The notes beneath the pieces are model-generated. The model did not search any database, had not been told where the DNA came from, and saw only the letters and a program-made list of their open reading frames with translations. A stretch of 64,000 nucleotides of DNA, taken from positions 930,001 through 994,000 of the forward strand of contig ML978130.1 of assembly GCA_010015805.1 (NCBI GenBank). The letters are read 5' to 3'. The DNA is from Rhizodiscina lignyota. Taxonomy: Eukaryota. Positions 37,850 to 50,483 of the stretch are shown here, one piece after another (position 1 is the first letter of the stretch; each line of letters begins with the position of its first letter). The position numbers and the translations under genes were made by a program.

Positions 37850-38807
37850 GATCGAAGTAATAAGAGACAGACAGTCGACAGTGGAGGATAGAGGCGTCAA
37901 GAAACTAAATGCATAAGAGCGATTGATATGTATGAGAGCGACCAACGGGGTTTTAAAGTCGCGTGAATAGCATAAAGAACGGCCGCTTGAAGGCGTTCGC
38001 ACAAATCTATCACAGCAGTGCTTACCAAATGCCTATATTTGGCAAATGCGTCTGATTGGACATTTCTAAAATCCGCCCTCTGTAAGAATAAAGCCATGGC
38101 CCCGCCGTTCGCCGTGGAAGAGCGGAGGCCTTTTTGATCATGGTCCTAAACCAAATTGACAACGACTTGAACCGGAGAGGGCTTAGTGAGGGAATCTTGG
38201 CGAAGGAACTGGTTCCCCGGGGGTGCGGCCGCAACGTTTTAAAAATGAAGCAAACAGTAAGATGCACTAGGAACCCTTAGAAACATGAAAGTTTCAGTAA
38301 TACAACCGCTTCCAGAGTGCGGAATTTTACTAGAAAGAGAGGTGATGTGCAATGAAGATGAAAGGAGGGGAGGTCGGAGTAATTACGTGTCATCATTCCG
38401 ATCCCGATTTTGTAGAGCGTTCACGGGCCGACTTTTTAGACCAATCGTTGAGAGTAAACTCGCTGTTACTACTACCTCCACGAGACGTATATAAATCATG
38501 GCCATAACAAGAGAAATTCCTTCTTCGTCTTGTATGCAACTGCGGGTCTTAACTTTACGGTCATACACGATTCAATTGGGAACCTTACCATTTTTTAAAA
38601 TCTTACATCATCTTCGCAAATCACTCTCCAAACCGCAAGATCCAAGCTCCAATCCAAGACCTTCTCCACGCTCCTCTAACTGTTTTGGGAACCAAAGAGG
38701 CTCAGAATAAAGATACGCGACCGAAGAGTTGGAACGTAGATTTAGCCGAGTCTGATCCGTTTCACGCTATACCCAATAGCCATCGTATATGTTTTAGGAT
38801 CATCATT

Positions 38808-40128
38808 ATGGGCAGCTCGCAAGAAACGTACCGCCTTTCGTTCCCAGATCACAAGCCGACACCACCATACACCCATGTCTCTTATGGCCTTCCTTTTACG
38901 GAAGCTGTTGCAAAGCACGTGACGGAAACGTTCCGCGGAAAACGAGCGTACATCCTCGCCTCGCCCAGTATTACCAAGCAAACTTCAAATACGGCCGACC
39001 TTGAGAAGGCTCTTGGACCACGACATGCAGGGACATGGCTCGGCATTCCACCTCACACGCCATGGGATGCTCTGGTACCCATCATCAACGACATGCGAGA
39101 GAAGAAAGCCGACTGCTTGGTGACTCTCGGTGCCGGTAGCCTCTCAGATGGAGCGAAGGCCATCAAATATGCGTTGGCAAACAACGTTGCGACTATCGAG
39201 GATATGGAGGCTCTGGTAGCTCCAACAGAAAAGGACCTTGAGATGGGTGGCGAAGCACTGGATCGATCCACCATGGGCAACGAGCCTGAAATCCCGGTCA
39301 TCATGGTTCCCACATCCCTCTCAGCTGGAGAATATTCTCGGTTTGCTGGAATAACTTCGCCAAAGACGAAGGCCAAGGCCCAGTTGTTCCATCCAAAGAG
39401 TAAGAGGAGCATTTGATCTGCCTTAAAGACTGAGGCTGACGAAAGCAGTGTACGCATCTTTGATCGTGCTCGACCCTGCTCTTACAACCACCACGCCTGA
39501 ATGGGTCTGGCTGAGCACAGGTGTCCGCGCAATTGACCACTGTTGCGAGTGTTATTGTTCGCCGCACGGAAATGCGGAAGTCGACGCTGCGGCGGAAAAG
39601 TCGCTGAAAAAGCTTCTGACAAACTTGCCAATCACTAAACGCGATCCACAAAATCTGGATGCAAGACTCCAATGCCAGCTAGCTGCGAATTATATCATGA
39701 ATAACCTCCTGTGGGCGCCAGAGGTTCTCATGGCCGGTGCTAGCCACGGCATTGGCCATCAGCTCGGCCCGTTGGGTGTCGGTCATGGACAGACTAGCTG
39801 CATCCTCCTTCCAGCAGTAATGAGATACAACAAGAAAGTCAATGAAGAAAAGCAAGAGAAGCTAAAGAATGTAATATGGCAAGAGCCAGCAGTAGCCGAA
39901 ATGTTGACTGACTCTGGCCTGAAGCAAGATGAGAGCGACCTCGCCGACGCACTAGACAAGGCTTTCAGGATATTGGGCATGCCAAGGAGCTTAAAGGAGG
40001 TTGGCGTCGGAAGAGATCAGTTCGATATGCTTGCACAGAACAGTTTGAGAGATGTATGTTGCATTGTGAACCCTATTCCATTCACAGACAAGGAGCAAGT
40101 CTTGGAAATATTGGAGAAGTGTCTATAA
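38808..40128 (+). CDS. Iron-containing alcohol dehydrogenase family protein (maleylacetate reductase/Fum7-like)
   Basis: LVTLGAGSLSDGAK, VPTSLSAGEYS, LDPALTTTTPEWVWLSTGVRAIDHCCE, GASHGIGHQLG, HGQTSCILLP; one intron ~39400-39448. Confidence 0.9.
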
Positions 40129-41270
40129 TGGAAAGAGACGTGGCTCGAAATGCCGCGGAGGGGATGGTAAAGGTGCATACATACTGGTTATGTGCAAGAT
40201 CTTTGGCTTTTCAAAAGCAGTGCAACTCTACCCCAGATATGGACGCTTGTGATGCTTATGAAAACAACTTTCACAAACCCACATTTTGGATCGGCTTGCA
40301 TGATTAAAGAAATGAGAATTGTTGCTAGTTTGTAGATGAAATTTTACACGAAGGAGAGGAGAGATGTGCTGCTTGGGGGAAAAGAGAGATTTTCATTCGC
40401 CCCTTTAGGCCATTTCTGGCCCACGTGGGGGTTCCTGTCTGGCTATCGTAATCATACAAATGATGCCTTATATCCAAATGAAATAAGCACTTTTATAAGA
40501 GCCTCATCTTCTCCTCAGTATTCAATCCATAAACAAGCAGTATAATAACGAGAAAGATTGTATAGAACTCCTCATGGCTGAGATATACTGGAATGTGAAG
40601 GCTTGTGTTGTCTGGCTTAGACTTTCCAAGGCTGGCAGCAGCGCGGCTTGTCTCTACCTTGACGAAGCTATGTGTCCCAAATCCTACTTCACACGAGTGT
40701 AACCAGTTTGTTCCAGTCTCAAAACTATGCCGCTACGGATAAAGTACGAAACAATTGATGAATTATAAAGAATCATGATGATTGTGAAGACATTTACATA
40801 GTTCGTAGGGTCATGCCGAGGACGTTTTGCCGTGAAACCCCGGCTCCGCCTCGCTTGGGGTAAATCTACCTACCCTCTTCCTCTTCTTGCTTTACGCCCA
40901 CAGAGGCTACGTATATGATCAATTTCAGAGACTTATAGATCCACGTAAGCGCGCTTATTAGAGTCGGTAGCTGAAACTCCAGCGATTCACACTTAATATG
41001 CCGTGATGACAGAGAACAACCAGTCTGACCTAAAGCGTGACTCTGTAACCCGAATAGTTTCGCGCGCGTTATAGAGGTTGTGGGAAGCTGGAAGGCTTCT
41101 TCCCAAGGTATAGAATAACAATAGCGGGCACCTCTCTATCGGGATCTTTAGAGTCCACTATATACTAACAAATAGACTATTCGAATGGCCTGGGCGACAT
41201 CCGTCAAAGGCCCTAACAGAAATACTCGCCGCAATCTTCACCAACGATTTCTTAAAATTCCAGTTACTAA

Positions 41271-43134
41271 ATGGGGAAGAAAGACATGGACCGTAAAGTG
41301 TTGACGAGCGTGGAATCGATAAGCTCAGAGCATGATGTCAATAATGACAATGACGGGAAGGAGATTGATCAGAGAAGTGGGCATGAAGCGCGGGAGTCAT
41401 GGCGGCGGGATCTTAAAGCGAATCCGAGGGCATTGATGTGGTGTGAGTCTTCCGCTGCTATTTGATGGCAGAAACCGATGACAAAAACCAGGTGTATACG
41501 TCCTCTTTACGACAGTGATGTGGGGATATGACGGACTGGCTGGTACAGTGAGTTTATCGATGCCTATTTCTCTTCCAAGCTACAGCGTTTCAGATCGTAC
41601 TCGCCATTCCTCGATTCCGACAAGACTATGGCAACAGATTCCAAGGCCAATTCGTCGTCTCCGCTGGCTGGCAGCTGGCATTTCAGGGCGGGTCGTTGGT
41701 GGGATTTATATGTGGTGGTGTAGCAACAGCCTTTCTGTCCAAGAAATGGGGACGGCAGCTGTCTATGTTCCTTGGCTACTGCAAGTCTGCCTATTCTCAC
41801 TCGTCTCCTCGGAACTAACAGAAGCTAGTATTCACCATCTTCGGAGTCTTACTACAGTGGTTATCAGGCGGATCCCCAGCAAATCTAATCATGTTCACGG
41901 CTGGCAAACTGCTGACAGGCATTCCGCTCGGAATCTTCATCACCATCGCTCCCACCTACTGTGCTGAAGTCGCCCCCATGACACTACGCGGCGCCGTCAC
42001 AGCAGCCGTGAACTGGAGCATCGTCTTCGGGCAGTTCCTCGCATATATCGTCATGCGACAAACGCAATCTCTCCCCGGCGCAAACGCGTATCGCATCCTC
42101 TTCGGTGTGCAATGGTTCTTCGCGGCCCTAGCATTAGTAGTATTACCATTCTTCCCAGAAAGCCCGTATCACCTCCTCGCACAGGGCCGAGTGACGAAAG
42201 CGAAAAGAAATATTTGGAGGCTGTATGGGAGCGAGGTCGATGCGGAGCAGCGGATGGCGGAGATTATGAAAAATGTCGCAGTGGAGAACGACATTAAGAG
42301 CAAGTCGTCGTTTGCAGAATGTTTCAGGGGCAGGAATAGACAGAGGACTTTGATTGCGATGAGTACTTTTCTTGTGCAGGCTATGTGTGGGATTAGCTGG
42401 ATTGTTGGGTAAGTCGGTAAACGCTGGGTTTTCGTTTCATGAACTGATGCTTGTGTCAAGTTATATGGGCTACTTCCTCATGCTCGGCGGGCTCAGCACC
42501 TCAACGGCACTTGACGCGAGTGTTGCTCTGTCAGGTCTCATGTTGATCGGAAACATGTTTGGTTGGATATTCATAGAGAGATTTGGCCGTCGTGGTACTG
42601 GCCTATGGGGTAAGTGAGACCATTCCAGCACCATGAACTCTGCTGGCTGTTGAATTCATGTACTAACCCTCAACAGGCGCAATCGTTCTCACCGGAGCCC
42701 TCTTAATGATCGGAGTCACGTCTACCATCACCACCCCTGGCGCAATCTGGGCTCAAGTAGCCTTCATGGCTGTCTGGGCCTTTATGTATCAAGCAACTAT
42801 CGGCTCCGTCGCCTGGCCCATCGTCACCGAAGTTTCTCGTTCATCATTGCGAGGGCATACTCAGTCGTTGGCGACCGTTGTGAATGGACTCGCAGGAGCT
42901 ATTTCAGGCGTCGCGCTGCCTTTTCTCATGAATCCAGATCAAGCCAACCTTAAAGGAAGGATTGCTTTTATTTACGGAGGGTTTTTAGGGCTTGCAAGTG
43001 TGTATATCTGGTGGAAGTGGCCAGAAACAAAGGGCTTGCGGTTTGCGGAGATTGATGAGCTATTTGAGACGGGTGTTGCGCCGAGAAGGTTTGGGCAGGC
43101 CAAACTGAAGAAAAATGTACACGCGCTGAGTTGA
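41271..43134 (+). CDS. MFS sugar porter (maltose/alpha-glucoside permease-like), multi-exon
   Basis: MWGYDG, GKLLTGIPLG, PTYCAEVAPMTLRG, PFFPESPYHL, ERFGRR, PETKGLRFAEIDELFE; several canonical introns. Confidence 0.9.
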
Positions 43135-43199
43135 ACTGCACATGGATTATTTAATACGCACCGTTGGCACGATTTTTATGGGACACGGAATCAGTCATT

Positions 43200-44333
43200 T
43201 TAGAAAATGGCGATCGCATTCGGCGGGCTTGCAATGCCTCCGGGAACCTAATGAACTCAATCAATTAGGGAATACATATCAGGTTGGCTTGGGACACTCA
43301 CCTTCAACGGCACACTTGTCACAAAGAACGAATACCTCTTCAGTCTCTTGCACTCCTCTGAAAGTCGCTCCAAGTCGAACATCTCTCCGAGGGGCAATCC
43401 CCAACCAGCAAGGGCCCACTGATGGATTGTCACACCAGGCTCATTGTACGGCCCTTGCTGGGGGCCACGCTCAAGACTCGGTGAATCACTCGCAATCGCG
43501 GAAATGCCGCTCTCCCAAATCCATCTCAGACTGTCCTTGGTCGCTTCAACGCCTAGCAAGCCCTTTGGCTGCCTGTCTGGAAAAGCCACTTGCTCGCTGG
43601 CGGAAAGCGTGTTGTACTTGGCGCTAAAGCCAACGCGGATGAATAGGATGTCGCCCTGCTTGATAGTGATATTTTGCTCCGCAATGATGGCCTTGATATC
43701 CTTCAGCTCGACTGCATTGGTTTGGAAAGGGTCACGATGAATGTTATTGCGCTGCGCCCAGTCGAGCCAGTCGAGGAGGACGCCACGGCCAACGATGCCA
43801 CCGTTTTCGGTCCAGACTTTGTCATACTATTAGAACTGTCGATTATTTTGATTCAGTTGGCGTGGGAAGTACCATTAATTCCTAGATTCTCATTGTTCTC
43901 GAAGTCTTCCTGTGAGTTTCCGTTGTAGAACTTCGCCTCTTTCTGATATGCTGTTGGCTCAATCAGTATGTATATTTCCCCTAGATAAAAGTAAAATACC
44001 GTAATGTCTGAATCCATCCCATTGGGTGCTGCTCTGCGTGTTCATATCAAGATGATCGTCATTTCCCACCAATCCCTTGGGGCCGAGGCTGAGGATTGTG
44101 TGCTTGAAGACCTGACGCTCGAAATTGGGATATTTGGGCTTATCCAACGGCCAATCTAAGGACACACTAATTCCTTCTTTGATCTCAGTTGCTGCAGCTT
44201 TTCTGGTAGCGGGGGTGATCAAATTGAGTCTTCCCATCTGATCTTTATCCCCGAAAAGACCCCATGCATTTCCCGGGGGTCCATCTTTCCGCAGGGGTAG
44301 ATCGTCGAACGAAGGCAGTTTGAATTCAGACAT
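43200..44333 (-). CDS. Putative cyclase family protein (kynurenine formamidase-like metal hydrolase), multi-exon
   Basis: GPPGNAWGLFGDKDQMGRLNLITP, DDHLDMNTQSSTQWDGFRHY, GIVGRGVLLDW, GDILFIRVGF, LAGWGLPLGEMFDLERLSEEC, last exon VPGGIASPPNAIAIF*. Confidence 0.9.
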
Positions 44334-44720
44334 GTTGACGAGATTATCTCCTTAGGCTATTTGAAAATTAACTTGAGTGAGTTTTCGAATTGAGGAGGAG
44401 TATGAAATGTTAGAAGGACTCTTCAGCTCCGTTTCCTTTGCCGGATTGCCGATGAGGAAAGGCTATTCGAGACGAGTGGGAGATGTACACTTGTACCATC
44501 GACAATGAAGCTCTCAGAAGCTCCAATAGAATTGAACATGTCTCCTACGGCTTGATTATGCACCTGGGTCATAGCCTCCATGCCTGAATTGTGAAAATGG
44601 CAGACGGGAGGAGAGGATATGGACTCGGTGGTGAAGGCGGACAAGCACGGTCCCCCGAAAAGAGTTGCATGTGGCGTGACATCACAAGCACAGATCATCT
44701 TGAACTACAAACTTTGTCCA

Positions 44721-44754
44721 CGCGACATTTCGCGACATTTCAACGACATTTCGC
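44721..44754 (+). repeat. Three tandem CGACATTT(C) units in the divergent promoter of the cyclase and DUF4748-like genes
   Basis: cgcgacattt cgcgacattt caacgacatt tcgc. Confidence 0.7.
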
Positions 44755-44789
44755 AATTGATTCCTGAAACGTGAGGGTGATTTTTCAAG

Positions 44790-45337
44790 ATGAATACTGT
44801 AATGATTGCCCATGTCTTATCTAAAAGCCCCAGCTAATAATGAAGCGCAGATCAGATCAGTAGGGTATGCGAGCTTCCTGAAGTTCCTCGATCTCAAAGG
44901 ACACGACTGACCTGCGACAGCTATGGGTGGGGCGTTCTCGTACTCGGTACAGCAGCATTAACTGACTTATATACCCTACGATGCTCAAACCCTCACTGAC
45001 ATCCCATCTCTCCCTCACAGCCGGCGGCGGCGCCTACTACTTTGCAAAACGCTCCATCGCCTCCGACCGCGAAGCGCGCGCACAGACTGAGCTCGAGCGG
45101 CGGCAGCGGCAAGAGCAAATGCGACGGCAAGAACGATTACTACAAGCCTCCCCATCTTACGCGAAACCACCGATGACACGGAACGGTGAACACAGCGGGA
45201 ACCCGAGCTACGAGGCAAGCCAGGATCCAGCACCGATAAGTCATGCGCCGAGCACGGAGGGTGAGCGGTTGAAGGATAAGAGCAAGTATGAGGCTAGCGA
45301 GCCGTGGAGAAGTCGGAAGGGAGATCGATTCAGTTGA
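44790..45337 (+). CDS. Small membrane-anchored protein (DUF4748-like), 4 exons including micro-exons
   Basis: Exons 44790-44798, 44851-44864, 44921-44946, 45021-45337 give MNTIRSVGYGWGVLVLAGGGAYYFAKRSIASDREAR...SKYEASEPWRSRKGDRFS. Confidence 0.82.
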
Positions 45338-47791
45338 CCTGGGGTTGAACAGTGTGCGCAGGAGGGAAGGGTGCGAGTGGAGCTACAGAGGCAGTGGGAG
45401 TCAGATACCATCACAAAGACTGGAGATGACAAGATATGGAATCTGCAGGCTTTCATTGAATTGCGCCCATTCCAGCATAGACGCACAGATAAGTTTGGGC
45501 GGGTGTACGATCAAGCCGAGTCTACTTCAATCCGGTGAAATCTTACTTCCTTATATGGCGGTGTGGCGGCTGCATCGGCGCAAAATAGTACGATTGGGCC
45601 AGCATGTCTTTGGCCTATTCCAGGATCTCTCGCAAAGATCTAGGAGAGATTACGAAAGTCTCTGTGTCTACCTGGTCACTATTCTACTGGAGTTATAGCG
45701 TCAATTTTTAAAATCTCTTCTCCTCTATGTCCACATACCCAGGTTGCCGATGTTGCTTACTTTGGGATCTCTTTCAGAGACTTGGAATTGCGCTCTGGCT
45801 TTCATATCCTTGTTTAACGACTGTTTACAAGGCGTCCTCGCGGCTCGCAAGAGTTACCCTCCCTCGAACTTGGCTTCAAGACGCCGCCAATCACCAGTCC
45901 ATAGTTATTGCTATCGATTGAATGGGAGGGCGAGTCCTCCATCGCCATGAACTCCCTCCAGATCCCGCCAGTCGGGGGAGCATCGGTAAAATATCGGCAC
46001 CACTCTCTTGAATGTCTCCATAGTCACCTGACAGTCGGTATATTTGTATATCTTTCAGGTGCCTTCAGATATATCTCCTCCAGTCTTACTGGTCTTCCGC
46101 CTCTCCAGAACTTTTCTTGAGCCCATTAGCTCCTCGTATATGGAGTACATTGAAATCAAGCTGAAATCCTGAATTGACACAGACAGGGTATGTACTCAAT
46201 TTGTTCACCTTGAGAACTTTTGGAGAGCGAAATGTGCAGCCCGCGAGATAAAGGAATGGCATATTCGGCTATGTATAATGGAAATAATTTCATTTCTCAT
46301 CCTCTATTTTAGCATCTTCACGTCGCCCCCCGCTGGAGTTTGTGCAAGCATCGCAAAAGCAATGGGCTGGCACAAACAGAATCAAAAGAGTCAACAGACT
46401 ACAATATACGGAATAGTGCCACAAACCGATGATGAGATAGCACAATTATGTCCTCGTCGGCCATAGTAAGAACCGAATGCCGACGTTAGCGCGATGGAGA
46501 CAGTCTACGGCGCAGGACGCGCGCCCAATTGAAAGAGTAACACCCGACCCGAAATTTAGTATGAGCGGCGAGCCCAACATGCGTAGTTTGCATACTTCTA
46601 GAATAGCATTTATGATTCCGACGACCACACAAGCGACATTGACGCCTGAGATTGAACGTTGTGTTCACGTCCCAAGCTATCTCAGGTTCGAATGCTGCCA
46701 GACAATTGCAGACTGATCCAACTCGTGATGGCTAAAAGTGACGAGCCGATGGCAGTACGTGTTGGGAACACCATGCTGTCGAAGGCGACCGCCGACACTA
46801 GAGCCCAACTGATACATCGAGGTGTAAGTATGCAAATTTGTTGGGAAACAGTGGGCATGAATGACACGAGATTATGCAGCAGCTAGTACCTGATCAACGT
46901 TGGTCTGCAAGTAGAGATCGTATGCCACATCTGATAAGTTATGGCCGGCGTGATGATATCATGATCGGGAAACTTGATCGGTTTGCAGTTTGGACTCGTT
47001 GCACCTAGGGGCCCGGATTGAAATGCCGACGCAGGACTAGTGCAAAGCGAAAATAGACTCGAATGTACATACTAGGCTTCGGCTATACTGCTTATAGACA
47101 ATTGTCTTGTGGCTGCTTTCCGATTCGCCGTCAAGTGTGTAAATTTTGCAATTCAAGGCGGATGCCTCTATGGCTCGCCAAATTGGAGCTAGGTGGCCCT
47201 TCACCAATTGAATAAAGTGACGGTGGTCGCCGATATCGCAACGCCATCGGGGAGCACGGGAGAAGTGATCCAATACAAAGATGTCTTTTCTTTCGTCGAA
47301 GGTCATTGGGCACGGACGATCAAACGGATATGTCCGAATTGTGGAAAAGTGCTCGGAACAACGAACAAGACATTGATGATTTGTCTTTGAGTGGCATAAT
47401 ACGAGCAATTGATGTCTCTCTCGTCGTATTTGATTTAAGACTTTCCAACACTTTCTTTATCGATATCAATGTGTATTGGAGGGTGGTAGCCAACGTTGAC
47501 TCGAACGACGGGCATGAAGAGTCTCCCGATATCGTGAAAATGATGCTAAACCAACCATTAGACGCGTCGGAGCAAATTGTCGTACGGTTTATGGTCTTGT
47601 TAAACCTTCGCCTCGTTGATAGGATGCGCTTATGCCAACGTGCATAGAGGTGTACCGTACGCCTCATTTCGATTGCTCGCAGAAGCGTACGCTTCGGGTC
47701 GAGGAACGCGTTCAATCGAGGTAGTAATTGCGCACGCAGTCGAGTGACAGTTCGAGTAAGACATGTGGTAATGAGGACCGAATAGCCCAGC

Positions 47792-48280
47792 ATGACTGAC
47801 AGCTCGTACACGAGTAGCTTCGACGCCGAGACCCGTGAGGCATTCGCAGTGTATCTACGCGACAACCCGAACATTAGGCGCGTCACACCTGCCGACTGGT
47901 CCAATATTATGGACTGGCTAACGAATCCTTTACGGCGGCCAACGTGCCAGGCGGAGCATAGTAGACGCAACTATGTGCGAAGGACATTCTATTGGGACGA
48001 GTCGACGCAGACTTTGATGTCAATGGGGCCAACCGATAGCGACAAGAGACGTATTGTCGTTACCGACGATCGGATTGTGGAGTTTGTCGAATACATGCAT
48101 CATAATATCAACCATGGTGGCTGGGATGCGACCTGGAAGGCGGTTAGCTCGAATTACTACGGTATCCTGAGAGCGGATGTCATCTTCCTCCTGAAGCGCT
48201 GCAGCGCTTGCGCCTTTATTCCTTCGAAGCAGCCGAAAGGCATAACATATTTATATGCTCGAGCTGGACCATCAACATGA
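47792..48280 (+). CDS. Standalone integrase zinc-binding (HHCC) domain protein
   Basis: 162-aa ORF with HHNINHGGWDATWKAVSSNYYGILRADVIFLLKRCSAC (H-x4-H..C-x2-C); no DDE core follows. Confidence 0.72.
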   Translation: MTDSSYTSSFDAETREAFAVYLRDNPNIRRVTPADWSNIMDWLTNPLRRPTCQAEHSRRNYVRRTFYWDESTQTLMSMGPTDSDKRRIVVTDDRIVEFVEYMHHNINHGGWDATWKAVSSNYYGILRADVIFLLKRCSACAFIPSKQPKGITYLYARAGPST

Positions 48281-49406
48281 AGCAAATTTACGACGACGAA
48301 GATCGCGCACTGACGACGCTATGACCTCACGAATTTCGGTTCTGACGCTGGAAAAGAGAAGGATGAATTTAAAGAGCAAGATAAGCTTGATGATAAGCTT
48401 CTTTGTTTTCGGTTTCAGTATTGTCTGTTTGGAATGAAGGAGAGGAAGTGAAATGGGATGAGGGGACGTCGACTTTGGAAGCGGGCCCTAATTTAGCTCC
48501 CGCGTACTGGACGGGTTACTCTATGCCGCTAGTGGACCGATGACACTATTATCGATCCAACTAGTGCGGTACGCCTCAGGTAGAGGTTGACCGGTTTGTC
48601 GGCAATGACAGTTCCTGCAAATCAGTTAAATCTATCTATTTCGGAATTTGAATCACCTCTTTCTCCTGGGCCTTCGATCGTTGCGTATTATTCCGCCCAA
48701 GCCACGGAGTATCGTACGATATATGCATAGCTGGTCGGCGCCCTCGCAAAGCTCACTCTGTGCGCAGCATACCCTACCGTCACGGCGCTGACAAGACCCG
48801 CAAGCCAACCGTAGTGGGATCTCAGAACAGACAGTGTCAGTCATCTAAACCTCAGCCTTCGCCTTTCACGCCCACAACTGAATGCTCTGGGCAAACTGCC
48901 AAAGGCTCGGTGAACGCCGCGGAACCTATAACGTGAGCCACGTGTGCGACATGTGGAAGAATCTCATTCGCTGTGGAGATTTACCTCAAAGAGAAGTTGG
49001 CTTCAGACGGTCAAAGGCTGAGACGCTGGATAGGTCAGATCGCTGGAGGGGATAAACGAGTTACATAAACCTTGCATATCCAATACGTTCTCGGCCGGAC
49101 ATGGAGAGATGGAATCGATATTTGGAGACCGTGCAGACTCCAAATCCATACCCCGTACGCAGATACATCTAAAGTCCCGTACTTCCAGACATCCGAAATT
49201 TCCCAAGTCGATCTACGTAGCATGAGGGGATTCCGCGACGAATCAAATGCACTCCGCGAGGCAACTGGACCTGAGCCTGTACACCTGGACTTGGAACGTC
49301 TTATCTGCTGCCAATGGCACGCCGCTAAGTATCCTTTTCCATCAACTTGGGTACATAACCTTGAGCTCGTTGAGGTTTGAAATTTGGGTTATGTTTCATT
49401 TTCGAT

Positions 49407-50483
49407 TTATATAACAAGCAATGGTAGCCTCTTCGCGATAAACCACACTATCATAAGCCGCTCGTCACTCAGATCTTCGTTTCCAGACCAATTACCTGCA
49501 ATGACCGCCAGAACCAGGTCCGAATATATAGCCGCGACTCCAACGAACACTGTAATTAGCACAATGAAAAAACTCGATATGGAACGAAGGCCGCGGACAA
49601 AAGGTACTGCAACGACTTCCCAACCATCTCTGTTCTCCTCTCCTTGGTCATTCCTCAGAAGTGGCGCCATTAACTTGTAGCCTGCAGCGAGCAAACCGTA
49701 CGCTAACAGCACAAATCCGTAAAAGAGAGTAAGCTGTTTGATGGCTTCCATGCTCTCGTAGGTCTGCGTGACAATGCTAAGGAGTCCAGTCATCCCGACT
49801 ATGACACCAAGAACATATGGGATGAGCCAAAAGAGCGGTGCTTGTGAAGGGACTTTTGAACTCCAACTATCCTTGCAATGATGACTGGGGCTTCGATAAA
49901 CCTGTACGTTGGAAACGTCTAAGGTTTGATCAACCCTTCTACTGCGTCCACTGCGATTCGATCTGTAGTGTCTTCCACGTCTCTCCTTCTCTTTCTCTTG
50001 CTTCATATGCTCTCTAATGAGGATATAGGACCTGTGGCCCGTTACAGCTGCCGTCGTCACACTCATCGTCTCTTTCCAAACCCCAATGCAAATGAACTGC
50101 CACCTATTTGCGCACTTGTCCATGGCGAATACCGACACCGCGCCTGACATGAGGAAGAAGATAACACTGATGAAAATATCAACTCGTCCGTGTCGAAGAA
50201 GATCGCGAGGCCACAGCGGAACACGACCGATTCCAATGCATATGACACTGTAATAAGTGAGCAGATGAGAGAGGATCCCAAGACCGCCGTAAGGCAGGTC
50301 ATAGCAACGGATCTCCTCTATCAGCCCGCCAAGCTCGTTGCCCGGAGAGACAAAGGCCTTGAAATTGTCTGCGATTTCGTTGCGGAAGCTGTCGAGGTTG
50401 AAGATGCCCCATTCTGGCTCAATTGGAAGGGCGAAGGTTCTGCAAACCGCAATCAAAAGCAGGCACAGCCGACTGAGTATCAT
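49407..50483 (-). CDS. Hypothetical multi-pass membrane protein with signal peptide
   Basis: MILSRLCLLLIAVCRTFALP signal; EIRCYDLPYGGLGILSHLLTYY; about 6 hydrophobic segments; AAIYSDLVLAVIAGNWSG. Confidence 0.8.
   Translation of the reverse strand: MILSRLCLLLIAVCRTFALPIEPEWGIFNLDSFRNEIADNFKAFVSPGNELGGLIEEIRCYDLPYGGLGILSHLLTYYSVICIGIGRVPLWPRDLLRHGRVDIFISVIFFLMSGAVSVFAMDKCANRWQFICIGVWKETMSVTTAAVTGHRSYILIREHMKQEKEKERRGRHYRSNRSGRSRRVDQTLDVSNVQVYRSPSHHCKDSWSSKVPSQAPLFWLIPYVLGVIVGMTGLLSIVTQTYESMEAIKQLTLFYGFVLLAYGLLAAGYKLMAPLLRNDQGEENRDGWEVVAVPFVRGLRSISSFFIVLITVFVGVAAIYSDLVLAVIAGNWSGNEDLSDERLMIVWFIAKRLPLLVI

Noticed and set aside
45400..47750. Scattered short ORFs suggesting a decayed gene or transposon
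   Set aside because: No recognisable domain, consistent splice model or terminal repeats found by eye
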